From NCBI RefSeq assembly GCF_036971445.1, contig NW_027211947.1, positions 1 through 64,000 on the forward strand: a stretch of DNA of 64,000 nt, read 5' to 3'. The notes under the pieces were generated by a model. That model saw only the letters and a program-made list of their open reading frames with translations. It was not told the origin of the DNA and did not search any database. The position numbers were made by a program, and so were the translations under genes. The stretch is from Narcine bancroftii. Its lineage: Eukaryota. Positions 27,224 through 39,257 of this stretch are shown here, piece after piece; within the stretch, counting starts at the first letter, position 1; the number at the start of each line of letters is the position of its first letter.

Positions 27224-27309
27224 CTGCTCCTCCGTCATCATCAAAGTCGGGGCCCAGTGTCAAAACTGTGATATTTGCAAACTTCTGGCAAAAGTCATCA
27301 AATTTCATC
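27224..27309 (-). CDS. Atypical calpain, coding exon 9
   Basis: cacag...gtaat; (W)MKFDDFCQKFANITVLTLGPDFDDDGGA. Confidence 0.92.
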
Positions 27310-27407
27310 CTGTGAATTAGATGCAATGACGGTATGAGATGCAGCGAATTTGCTACAAAAAGTGTAATCATGAAGTAATATAAAGTAAGTTCTCTGAAGT
27401 ATCCCAC

Positions 27408-27485
27408 CAGAATTCTCCATCCGCCTTCTTGGTAAATCCAAATGATTCCCTTGTCCAGAATGGGATTTGATTCCATAGAGGTGAA
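27408..27485 (-). CDS. Atypical calpain, coding exon 8
   Basis: aaag...gtggg; (D)SPLWNQIPFWTRESFGFTKKADGEF(W); 98-bp intron follows. Confidence 0.9.
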
Positions 27486-28119
27486 CTTTTGAAAAGAATG
27501 GACATTATGTTGATTAACACTCGTCTTTCTAAATATCTTAAGGCAGTCACATCCCTTCTTCCGAAGAAGTAGTCAGAAAGTACTGACGGTCATCGCAAAG
27601 GGTTTTAGTTTGGCAGAATTCTCCAAAACAAACACTAGGGATGACTATGCTAGGAAAAAAGGCATTTCCAGTTTTGACATTTCTGAATTGCTATGTGCTT
27701 GCATTTAAGATTTGTTGATAATTAAACAGAGTTTTTTTTCCTATCTAAATCATCATTAATATTATCAGTGAATTTCTATTTGAAAAGCAGAGAGATACCG
27801 TGTTTAAAAAGTTAATAATACCCAATTAAGATAGCAGAAATTAAAACGTCTTATGACCCACGCTGACTTTTACAGATCAACATCCCTTGGGGCAGGAGCT
27901 AACAGCCTTGGGTATGTGTTAACAGCAGTCTAAAATATCAATTGGGAATCAGTTTTTTATTTACCATCTGGTTAAATCAAGAATTAATGTGAATGGCAGA
28001 CTGTTTCTACCATTTGGGGAATGCATTAAAGTATTTGGAGAGGATTTTTTTGGACAACCCAGGTCAGACCACCTCCAGGATTAACTCCATGTTTCCTGTG
28101 GAGGTAAAGTTAATTGGTA

Positions 28120-28680
28120 TTCAGGATATTGACCAAACCATAGAATGCGTGGACAGAGAGGTACCACTCTAACTGTACAAGACAGCAAGAATAGTGTAAT
28201 TTATGGACACCACATTACAGAAATGATGAGGTTGCGCAGGAGACTAACTTGGACGTTGCCAGGTATTTTCTGTTATGATTAAGGTTGCCTTTGTGGAATT
28301 GTTTTCCTTGAAATGAAGAAGACTGAGGGGAAATTTAATTCAGATTCATAAATTTATGAGAGACTTGAGAGGATGAACAGGATGGACCCACTTCCCTTAG
28401 CGGAGAGGTCGATAATGAGGGAACATTGTTAATCAACAGAAAGAACAGAAGGGAGCTGAGAAAAGAAAATCCCACCGAGTGGTGGCTTCTGTAACTCACT
28501 GCCAGAGAGGGTGATGGAAGCAAAAACCTCACATTTGAAAGGTACCTGGTTGAGCACTTGGAGAGTCTGGACCTGGAAAGACACGGATCATAAGAATTGG
28601 AGTGGGATTAAACATAATAGATCAATTTTCCTAGAATGGACATGATGGGCTGAAGAGCCTCCTTTCTGTGCTCTAAATTA
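28120..28680 (+). mobile_element. Old CR1 3' fragment
   Basis: Degenerate similarity to the other CR1 tails in the window. Confidence 0.55.
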
Positions 28681-28903
28681 CAATGACTACCACAGACAAC
28701 TAATTCATGACATTGTTTCGGAGCCTACATAACAATGACCTTCAACTTCAGCATTCTCACTTGGATGAAGATGAGGCTTGTGGTCATTAAGCCACGCATA
28801 AATACAGACTTCAGAATTACACTGCACCCTATGAAAAATTGGAGGTACTCTATTATAAAATTAGGGCATAGTATTGATTGTTTAGAACAACCCAGGCATT
28901 CCT

Positions 28904-29778
28904 CACTGGTGTCACTATGGGGGTGCAGGGGGTTTGGACCACACTGGGTGACACCATCAGAGAGGGTGACATCAAAATGACTCTCTATAAAATTTTTGTA
29001 CATTGTTTCAGCAGAAATTTATTATTTTTTATAAAAATATCCCTGTAGTTAGTTATAACAACAAAAACATGTCTCATAAACCCAGTTTACATGTATCAAT
29101 GTACCTACAAGGCTAAAACTCGATGCAAATTTACTTTTTGAACCTTCTCAAGTTGGAGCTGTCATTATAACCCAATTACAATGATCCTTTGAATCACGCG
29201 CATGATATTGTAATTTAAAGGTGTAATTTTAATTTTGCTTGTTGTTTATCTCACTACTATAGGTGCACCAAAGAAAAGGTACAAGGACTGCCTAAAGAAA
29301 TCTCTTGGTGCCTGCCACATTGACCACCGCCAGTGGGCTGATATCGCCTCAAACCGTGCATCTTGGTGCCTCACAGTTCGGCGGGCAGCAACCTCCTTTG
29401 AAGAAGACCGCAGAGCCCACCTCACTGACAAAAGACAAAGGAGGAAAACCCAACCCACCATTTTTCCCCTGCAGCCGCTGCAACCGTGTCTGCCTGTCCC
29501 GCATCGGACTTGTCAGCCACAAACGAGCCTGCAGCTGACGTGGACTTTTACCCCCTCCATAAATCTTCGTCCGCGAAGCCAAGCCAAAGAAGAATAGCCA
29601 TTATATTCAGTGATCTAAAGGAATTATGATTTACAAGTAACATTAGGTACAAAAAAGCATTATTAAGGATTCTGTATGGTCGAGTATGGGAGGAGATCCT
29701 GGGGTGGGGGGGGGGGGGGTGGGATGGTGACACCATGAGTTATCGCACTGGGTGACACCAATCCTAGTGATGCTACTG
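28904..29778. mobile_element. Non-autonomous DNA transposon (hAT-like CAGTGGCGTCACTAGG-type ends) interrupted by an RTE insertion
   Basis: Imperfect TIRs CACTGGTGTCACTA / TAGTGATGCTACTG; partial second copy at 36660-36845. Confidence 0.55.
29262..29595 (+). mobile_element. RTE-clade LINE 3' end (longest copy)
   Basis: GAPKKRYKDCLKKSL...W...A..R..W, zinc knuckle FPCSRCNRVCLSRIGLVSHKRAC*, GAA tail. Confidence 0.85.
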
Positions 29779-30231
29779 CTTTCCATATTGAGACATCCCT
29801 CCTTTATGTACATGATAATATTAGTAATCTCAAAATTGATTCTATAATGGAAAAGCTCCAAAAGAAGGAGAATCGTAAATCAGTACTTTAACTCCTTGTG
29901 ACCTTTTCCCAATTGTTGGTACTGGTATTTGATTGGATGTGGGATTCAATCATCAGACCTGGTGGATAAGCTGTCTCCACTTATTAAAAAAATACTTTAA
30001 ACTGTTTTGGGATACTTTCTGCAGAATTGTACAGGTTGTACCTCTTTAATCCGGCGATGGGTATAAGGTATGGATTGGGTTTCTTAGAGTTTTGTTACAA
30101 TGTTTCAGGAAATGAAACCTTCCTTGTGTTGTCCAAAGATTTCCATGATTCCCTGAGGGAAATGAAGTGTGACATTCTTTTCAAATGGGAGAGGCAGGAG
30201 TTTATGTCTTCAGCTAAGAAATGCAAACTTG

Positions 30232-30741
30232 TCCACTTCAAAAGACGTGGGACCCTTTATGGACTATTGCCATAATCTACAGAGTTAGGGTCGTTTAAAG
30301 TGCTTTGATGCTGCGCTGTCGAGTTTCAGGTTGTTGTCACTTGATTTCCACATATCATTTCCTAACCTTGCTGAGTGGTCAGGGTTTTTTTCTTTTTTAA
30401 ACTGGATAATATAACAGATAATGGCTCAGCCCAATCATGAAAAATACAAATTTTGATAAAAACTTTACAGAATGAGAAGTAGCAAAAGAAAATGATATAC
30501 TTTTTCTTAAAGAAAAGGCATAATTCATTAGAAAAATAACTTTTCTTTCCTTTATTTCTCTTTTGGGTTTGTTTTTCTTTTTGTTTGATATATTTTACTA
30601 CCACTATTACCAATGAGTGTTGGGCCTTTGAATTATGTTCATATTTGAAATCTTTTTCCCATATTTTCCCATACAATTGCACATTGTATAATTGTGTCGT
30701 TCTATTTTTTATATATTAAAAACCAATAAAAATATTTTTTA
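30232..30741 (+). mobile_element. L1-like 3' tail with 16-bp TSD
   Basis: AAGAAATGCAAACTTG at 30216-30231 and 30742-30757; AATAAA near the 3' end. Confidence 0.7.
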
Positions 30742-30898
30742 AAGAAATGCAAACTTGGTAGCTCCACCCATGACACAGGCAAAGGAGAGATAGGACTATG
30801 TTTATACAGTACTTGACTAGAGAGCCAAATTGATCCACAGTTCTACAGAGAATTGCCAGCTGTCAACCCCTTGTATGCTCAAATGGTAACGTATTGAA

Positions 30899-30999
30899 AT
30901 TCACTCAAAGCTTCCATAGAATTGTCTGAGATGAGAGTAAAATATACATTTTTTAATTACATAAGGAACTGGAGACAATTAGGTAGGAGGTAGTTCATT
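30899..30999. repeat. Arm 1 of a perfect 101-bp inverted repeat
   Basis: Exact reverse complement of 32047-32147 by manual comparison. Confidence 0.92.
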
Positions 31000-32046
31000 T
31001 ATACAATGTATTTCATTACCTCAGAGCATCCCCAAGGATTTTACAGTGATTTGAATTGTAGCCAATGAGAGGCTCCATCAATAACCACAGAGTCATAGGC
31101 TGCAGGAATAGGCTTTAATGCACACAAGACTTTGGCTGGCCCTGATCCAGGTACAGGACTGCTGGAAAAGGAGAGGTAGCACGACCTTTATGGCCAGGGC
31201 AAAAGGGGAGGAGACTTGAGGGATGAGTCATTAGTGGGTGAGCGAGCCTCATATATACAGTAACTGGTAAGGGCTATACAATGGAAGAAATCATATCAGT
31301 ACAAGCCACTATTGAAATGCAGGGATTATTGCAGCCATCTTATGTAAAGCAAGGTCTCACAACAATATGTTTAGTGTGATAAATATTGTGCAGCTTTTCA
31401 TGGATAATTCTCTTAAATATCTTCAAAAAAACGTGCTTACATTTGGCTGAGTGAATGGATGAAAGTCATTTGCCTACCGCATTAACTTTGCTTCCCTTTC
31501 TCTACGGTTCCCTTGACTCATTGAGCATTTTCTGTTTTTCCTGAACAACCCACAGCTTTACTGGAGCAAAGCTCCACCCTGTGTTCAGATGCAACACTTC
31601 ATAAAGTGATTTGTTCTATATTTTTCCTAAAATACCACCACCTTTTGATGATAACAAGAGACACACAATTACTCATATTTATTCATGGGGAGTTTAGCTT
31701 TGCATTGATATGTGGAGGTCATTTTGGTACTTGAATATTGGAAGTATCCATTCACATGTTTAAAACAAAAGAATGGTCAAAAGACTATCAATTGAACAGA
31801 AACGCACATCAAGGTGTAATTCCTTAATGACTGATCATCCAAAGGCTTCTGAGATACAGAAGTCCAAATACTTTCACTCTCTGCATAAAAAAAAACTTTC
31901 TCTTCATCTCCGTCCTAAATGGCATTAAATTCTCTAAACAAGATATAGAAGCTGAAATAGGCCCATTGAGTCTGTTCTGCCATTCTAATCATGAGCTGAT
32001 CCATCCTCCCACTCAGCCCCACTTGCCAGCATTCTCCCTGTGAATG

Positions 32047-32147
32047 AATGAACTACCTCCTACCTAATTGTCTCCAGTTCCTTATGTAATTAAAAAATGT
32101 ATATTTTACTCTCATCTCAGACAATTCTATGGAAGCTTTGAGTGAAT
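32047..32147. repeat. Arm 2 of the 101-bp inverted repeat, embedded in a minus-strand CR1 tail (about 31940-32240)
   Basis: Exact reverse complement of 30899-30999. Confidence 0.92.
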
Positions 32148-32424
32148 ACCTGTCAATCTCTGCCTTAAACACACCCAATGACCTCGATTCCACAGCTGTA
32201 TGTGGCAACAAGTTCCACAGACTAATGACTCTCTGTCTACTCCCTGTATATTCTCAGCAAGACCCACACTGAAATCCCTCCATATTCTAGTACTTGCAAA
32301 ATTGCATGTTCATGCTTCTTCCCAAAATTTATAACAAACATTTTCCTCATGAATTTGCAGCTTCCATCCTCTTGACCATCCATATTATCTATCCTCTGCT
32401 TTTCTCTTTAGCTTAATGTCATCT

Positions 32425-32650
32425 GTGGGCAGCAACCTCCTTTGAAGAAGACCGCAGAGCCCACCTCACTGACAAAAGGCAAAGGAGGAAAAACCCAACA
32501 CCCAACCCCAACCAACCAATTTTCCCCTGCAGCCGCTGCAACCGTGTCTGCCTGTCCCGCATCGGACTTGTCAGCCACAAACGAGCCTGCAGCTGACGTG
32601 GACTTTTACCCCCTCCATAAATCTTCGTCCGCGAAGCCAAGCCAAAGAAT
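32425..32650 (+). mobile_element. RTE-clade LINE 3' end
   Basis: Near-identical to 29383-29590. Confidence 0.85.
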
Positions 32651-33366
32651 GTCATCTTAGATGCATCACATTTTATCATTTTGACTGATATATCTGTAAA
32701 TAGCTGGAGTTCAGAAGTGATTCCAGTGGTGCCCAACTAATAATAATAATGTCAAACTGAAAGCATCCCAGACAAAGAAGCCACAGCTCAATGAATGCCT
32801 CACCATTGAATTTAAGTTTTTACCAATATATTCTGATCATGAATTCTCAGCACTGGACCTGAAGATGCAATGTTTGGCACAGTGACAGATCCACCTATGT
32901 GCATCCTTGTAGTCATATGAAACCTTGGGGACTTTCAATACTCCTGCTAAATCCAAAATTTCTGGAAGCACTGGAGGTAATTTTTATAAAGGAAAAATGA
33001 GGAACATTCTTTCAAACTTCAAAACAATGAGAATTATTTTCTTTTCCAAGGTGGAAGAAGTAACGGGACTTGCTTCGCAAACACAGGTTATCTTTGAATC
33101 TTTAAGCATCCACATCAATCTTAGACCAGTTTAATGTGAATCCCAACAGACGAACAGTGTTGTCTGGCATGTGGGCTCTAATGTGATTAGTGTAATATAT
33201 TGTTACTGTCTAATTTTAATGACATTTTGCTGAATGTTAATTTAGTACTAATATCAATGGGTACCTCGGAAGAAAAATCTCAAACCCCACCAAGAAACCA
33301 ATTTTAACGACATAATTTAATGAGTTTCACTCTCAATGGTGCAATTACTTCAATGACAATACTTAC

Positions 33367-33461
33367 TCGTCACCCCAGTCCCCTGTCCATTCCATGTTTT
33401 TCCCTGATCCCCATGGATTGAGAATCCGAACAAGGGGCACTCTTCCTTTTGGAGTAGTTAG
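33367..33461 (-). CDS. Atypical calpain, coding exon 7 (catalytic Asn)
   Basis: tttag...gtaagt; LTTPKGRVPLVRILNPWGSGKNMEWTGDWGD. Confidence 0.95.
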
Positions 33462-34205
33462 CTAAAGGAAATAATATTAAAAAAAAAGATCAGAATATAA
33501 TACAGTTCAGTTCATTATATCAACATCCATGGGGACTGTCAGGCTTCAGTGGCACACAGGAGGAAATGAGTTAGAATGTATTTGTAGATACATAGACTAA
33601 TTCAAAAATATACTCATTCTAAAATGTTTTCAGTTTAGCTTTTGCCAAGAGAAAGGCCATAGGAAATAACAAAGCGTGTCTGGAAAAATTCCTCACTTGG
33701 GAGTTGTTTTGAATTTTGATGGTTTTGAATTACATCAGAAGCCAGAAAACCAAACACCATTTACCTAAACTAATTTTGTCAGTGCCATGATTCATACTAA
33801 CATTACATTTTGACACTGCCACCTCCTGACATGTACCTCAAGTCATCCTTCCTGCAGTTAACAACAGGTAAGTCTCGTGATGTGGCATGGCAATTAATCA
33901 TTGTTTATAATCCCATTGTACTTTGCTTTAACTTGCCATCACCTTCAACAAGATGAAGTGAAAATTCACTGTAGAGATACTGTCAGAAAGATCTTCTTTT
34001 CTCAATTGCTGAAAGCAGAGGAATACAGAGCTTCTGGCATTGTGCGGTTGGCTCAATGTTACTTGAGCAAAGTCAACATCCAACAGTATTTATTTCATAC
34101 AAATGTGCAGAGCTGTCTCCTCTGAAAGAGGATGAGCAGCATAAATAGGAGGAAATCTGCGACCTTGGGGAAAAAATATTGTTACATTATTTGATGATAG
34201 ATTAC

Positions 34206-34277
34206 CTTTTTAACTGCAGTAACTCCATAGGCATGCCCAGCAATTAAACCATCTTGGTTTTCATATCTGTTATCTCC
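34206..34277 (-). CDS. Atypical calpain, coding exon 6 (catalytic His)
   Basis: tttag...gtaat; GDNRYENQDGLIAGHAYGVTAVKK. Confidence 0.95.
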
Positions 34278-35939
34278 CTAAAGGACAGCAGGTAAAGAAA
34301 GGTGAAGATCAAAAATATACTGCAAGAATTACATTTATTTATTTTGAGTTCGAAACATTGGAGGTTTATTGACGAGTCTGTAGAGTTGCTCTTTGAACCA
34401 CTGTGATCCTTTAAGTGCAAGTGCATTCCCAAAGTTGCTAAGTAAAGTGTGTTCGGTGTGTTCTGATAATGAGAAGTGTTTTTAAATTGTCACAGTATGA
34501 GGCAATGTTCGAGAGAACCTACCCCAGCAGGTTCATAGCTGAAAAATCTAAGCAATGTTCTAGCAAGTCTCATACACGCATGAATCTAGTCAGCATCAAC
34601 GAGAAGTTTTGAATTATTCTTGCCATTCTTTAGAAACTCAATATCTGTATATAAAGTATTTTAAGAGTGGATCTAAATTGAAACTGAGTTTTAAGTTATT
34701 GCTGAATTATTGGCAAACTGGATTACACCAAGAACAACTATATTCCTTTCAAAGTTCTCATTGTACTTATTGTGTCCCTGCTTTATGAAATAAAGGCATA
34801 CTGTAGCGAAGTAATCTATACTGAGCTACTATAGATGTCAGTGTACATGTGGTTGAGTGATGTATATGCTGGGAAGTTGCTGTAGAGTCTAGTGCGAGAT
34901 GGACACCTCCAGGCTTACGTGCTGGGCTTGTATACATCATTGCTTCTGTCACATGAACAGGAAGTGACATCATCAGTGATGCCATCAGCCCAGATTCAAA
35001 AAAAACCTGTGTTGGATGAAGGTCAATTTCCCAGGTTTTCCGCCATTTTGGGAGCCAGTTCGCTTACTGGTAAGTGGGTTGCCACAGTAGCTGAAATAGA
35101 CAGTTGTGCAATGTTGAACGCTCCACACCAGGAAGGTGTTAAAACTGATTCTTCTGTTTTAAAATTCATATCCTTGGTTTCAGCCTCCTCCATTGTCTTG
35201 CAGTTTGTATTCTACATAATCATTCTAAGCACCTACAAACCTTCTAGGTATCGATTCTCCTCCAGCTCTGGCCTCCTAATCATTCTCAAACTTAATCACC
35301 ATCTCTGGTTGCTGTGCTTTCAATTTGCAAGGTCTTTGGTTATGTTTTTCCTTCCTCAATCTCTTTCTTACGTCATTCTTTCATATTTCTCACTGTGACC
35401 AAACTTTTGATCATCTAGCCCAACATCTCATCAGCATCAGTTTTAATTTGGTGATACTTCCGTGAGGTGCCTTGGAACATGTGAGGTGAGTGGAAACCAT
35501 TATTGTCTTCTTTAAATAAATCTATCAATGTCAGGTTTAAAATCTCCATTTATTACTCCAGCAAATGGAATGAAATTGAACAGAAAAGGTCTGCAGATCT
35601 TGAAATGGTATTAGCACAACTATTCATTCATAACCTAAATGGGTGGAAACATAAACAGAGTACTGCATCCTGATGAGAAAGTGGAAAGAAGGGTATATCT
35701 GAGAAAGCAGAAATAGTGATAATAAAACAAGGGTGTTTGTCTCTCTCCCCCACCACCCCCCCAAACCCCCACAAGGTATTCCTCAGCTTCAATTTCCCAG
35801 ATTCTTGTAAATTACATGGCTCCCAAGAGAAAAGACATTTGAACATTTATTTTGTTTGAAGTACAAACTATCTGTAGCAAGGCCACCAGAACTGATTAAA
35901 CCCAATGAATAAAACCTTTGAATCTTACAATTAAAACAA

Positions 35940-36490
35940 ATGTTCGACAGGATAGATCGCTGGGCTCCCTTGCATCACTGGCTCCCTTACACCATGGGCA
36001 CCATGAGCCCCCTTCCAGAGGCCCTACGAAGGCCCCTTAAGGTGGTCATCATGAACCGTTCACAGACGACTGCTTGAAGCCTGCACATCTTGACCTCAGC
36101 CAGCTGGTCACCTTACAACCAGCCAAGCGCAGGGGCAGGCCCACTAAAGCACAAATAACACAGGTCTCGGGGCAACAACACGCTATCGCCAGTTCTTTGG
36201 GGGTGCGGCAGTGCACATCTGTGACGGCAGGCGAACCGGCTCCGTGTGTTACGGTCGCGGCAACAGAGCAGCCTCATCAAGATGGCGCCGCCGGGATTAT
36301 CTTTTCCGCCAGCCAGGTCAGGTCTGCATGCGCACAGGAATACGTCTTGCCGTCGTTTCCGGCGTGAGATCATGACTTAGCCGGGGCCTTATAAGGCGCA
36401 GTGCGGGAAGTTTCAATAAACAACTGCAGTGGAGATGAGCCCACTGAGTACCGGTCTCGTTTTTTTCAACTCCACTTAGCTGTTGCTACA
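35940..36490 (+). mobile_element. Gypsy-like LTR retrotransposon 3' remnant (integrase tail plus 3' LTR at 36220-36490)
   Basis: PYEGPLKV and LKPAHLD...RRGRP remnants; LTR TGTGAC...CTACA with TATAA at about 36390 and AATAAA at 36415-36420. Confidence 0.7.
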
Positions 36491-36659
36491 TATGCACAGT
36501 TTATGATTTACCTAGTTTTCCTCCCTTTTGTATGTATTTACTCGCATACAATTAATTTATCATGTAATCATCATTTATTATGTATGCTCAGATGTTAAAT
36601 TCAATCAAAATATTTAAAAAGGAAAGAAAGGAAACGATCTCAGTACATTTTGACTGTGC

Positions 36660-36845
36660 ATGTAACAATGTGATTTAAAGGTGTAATTTTAATTTTGCCA
36701 GTTGTTCATCTCACTACGATATATGAACAACATTCGTACAAAAACATTACTAAGGATCCTATATGGTCTGGTATGGGAGAAGGCCATGGTGGGGGGTGGG
36801 GGTGAGTTACCACATTGGGTGACGCCAACCCTAGTGACGCCACTA
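36660..36845. mobile_element. Partial copy of the hAT-like MITE
   Basis: Homologous to 29205-29260 and 29635-29778; ends CCTAGTGACGCCACTA. Confidence 0.6.
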
Positions 36846-36855
36846 TCTATCTTAC

Positions 36856-37036
36856 CCTTCCTGTTCCACAGGCCATTAGAGCATTCTTCCTGGAGGCAGC
36901 AGCAAGACGATCGTACAGTTCCTCATATCGATCTGCGTAGTCTGAGAATCTGTAAATTTCACCCACACCACCAGTGAGGTCAGTCAGGGCATCCAGCGTC
37001 CATCCTCCTTCAATCGCTTTATATGAACCATGTAAC
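36856..37036 (-). CDS. Atypical calpain, coding exon 5
   Basis: cacag...gtaag; (K)LHGSYKAIEGGWTLDALTDLTGGVGEIYRFSDYADRYEELYDRLAAASRKNALMACGTGR. Confidence 0.95.
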
Positions 37037-37439
37037 CTGTGGGGAAAAACATCGGCAAACAGCAGTACGGAAACTGACGACCCATTTGATGGCAGGCACA
37101 GTGGATTTTTGGCTGTATGAGGCAAATATGGGAATGATTGTCCTTTTTTGGCACTCCAGCTTTGGAATACTAATGCTGTATAATACCAGATTTGTCAGCC
37201 CTATTTACATAGAATTCTCAAGTAATTCTGATTATGACACAGAAAGAAGCCATTTAGCCCACTGTCAGAAACATTCCCATCTTCACTCATTTCTAATCTA
37301 AACCTTGGTAAAGATTCAGGAGATGCAGGTATTCTTGAAGGAATCTGGCATTTTAAAACTACCCATTAATATCATAATGTTTGAAAACTATATTATTGAT
37401 TATGAATAGAGCACACAAAATAAATATCTGAGAAAACTT

Positions 37440-37790
37440 GGCCTGTGACATCACAGGCACCAGTTTTACTCCATCAAGGACTTTTACAAGAGGCGGCGTC
37501 TTAATAAAGCAGCCTCTATCCTCAAACACCCTCACCATCCAGGCCATGCCCTCTTCACTCTGCTACCATTGGGGAAAAAGGTACAGGAGCCTAAAGACAC
37601 AAGGACAGCTTCTTCCCCACTGCCATCAGATACCTGAATAATCAATGAACCAAAGACACGGCCTTATTTTCTGTGCACTATATTGTTTTAAAAAAAATTA
37701 TTGTTGCTTATATGGACGTTTGCACCATGACGCTGCCGCAAAACACCAAATTTCATGACTTGTTCTTGACAACAAATTTTGATTCTTATT
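37440..37790 (+). mobile_element. Rex1/Babar-like 3' fragment
   Basis: Homologous to 53180-53545 and 56270-56800 (reverse complement). Confidence 0.7.
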
Positions 37791-38699
37791 CAAATGTAAA
37801 AAGTTATCTGTTCATATTTCCACAAAAAAATTCCCATATTCAATAATTTGCTGGAATTGCAACTGGCAGGAAAACAATTGCAGAATAATGTATCGATAGA
37901 ACGCTTCCATTATAAATGTGAACTCAGGAATGCACAATCCAAACAAAGACAGGAAGGCGCAAGAAAAAAAGAATTTTGTTTCTAGTCCATTGCCAAACAA
38001 ACTGTGCAATGTAGTCAGCTTCACAGATTTTAATTTCATCGACTTCAACAGATTATAATGCACATATACCAACACATCACAGTGCATTGGACAAAAAGAA
38101 TTTCTCATGAAGAATCTTTGACCTTAAATGACAAGTGTCTCTTGACCTGCTGAGCTATTAGGGCATTTTCTGTTTGTATTTCAGACTTCCAGCATCCAGT
38201 TTTTTTCCCCCCATTTTCAACAAATTTCCATTCCAAGATTCTTAGGTCATATTTAAGCATTATATTGATGACCATTTTTTTCCAGGTCTTGATATAAATA
38301 AGAATTTGACAAGCACAATATTGTATATTCTCCATTAGTGCACCAGAATGATTCTGCAACTTTTAAGCTTTCTAGTGGTGCCACATTGTGATGCGCTATC
38401 GAGCAGAAAAGCAGACACAAAATATAAAGTCTGTTCAACAGGCTTTATTTCACACAAACTTCCACAGAACTGGCTGTGAGAGTGGCTGTGCTGGCTCTGA
38501 GACTGACCTTGAGGGGCCGGATGTAGCTTATATCCCCGAGGGTGATTGACAGCTGACCAGATGGGGCTTGGTCCATTCAGGTCGGCTGATTGACAGCCGG
38601 CCAGGTGTTGCCTTGTCCTCCAGTGCTCTTCCTGCAGGTACACAGGTTGCCCCCTGCAGTCGGCTAGTGGTGTATCACTACCCACACTCAATTCTGACA

Positions 38700-39045
38700 A
38701 GTAATTCAGCAGGGAGGTCTGCAAACAATGTGACTGCAATCCAATGCACAAAAGTGCTGGAGAAACTCCATTCAGAGAGCCCCCCCCCCCCTCTCCGCTC
38801 CTATCACTTCTCAGCTTTTTCTCGTCTGCTCTCCCACACATGTCCACCTTTGACCTCTTGCCTATTAGCCTGCTCCTCCCCTGCTCCTTCCCTTTCCTCC
38901 CCACTCCCATCTCTTTATTCAGGTGCCCTCCTGCATTTTGACCATACCTTGATGAAGGGCTCAAGCCTCAAACGTTAGTTACCTTTTACCCCCTATAGGT
39001 GCTATGTGAATTGCTGAGATTCTTCAGCACTTTTGTGCATTGCAC
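38700..39045. mobile_element. Penelope terminal repeat fragments
   Basis: CCTTGATGAAGGGCTCAAGCCTCAAACG tail as at 13860-13890, with an inverted segment at about 38710-38770. Confidence 0.55.
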
Positions 39046-39073
39046 TGACGAGTCGTTGATCAGATTTACTTAC

Positions 39074-39257
39074 TTTGCAAATGCCTTTTCAAAAAGCGAT
39101 GGCCAAAATTCATTGCTGGCTTCTGATCGAGCATAAATAAGTTGTCCATTTCTTGTTGGCAAATAATCATCCACCAAAATTTCTACCCATTTCCCAAATT
39201 GCCAGAATCGGAAACGAAAGATTCCATAGTATGGAGAGCTGCCGGTGATAAACTGGC
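39074..39257 (-). CDS. Atypical calpain, coding exon 4
   Basis: tacag...gtaagt; GQFITGSSPYYGIFRFRFWQFGKWVEILVDDYLPTRNGQLIYARSEASNEFWPSLFEKAFAK. Confidence 0.96.

Noticed and set aside
31090-31280. Short LTR-like segments (also about 38375-38685, 44670-44880 and 48345-49200)
   Set aside because: Plausible solo LTRs, but termini and TSDs could not be fixed, so they are not annotated
38335-38978. 209-aa and 136-aa ORFs
   Set aside because: They span LTR-like and Penelope tail fragments inside a calpain intron
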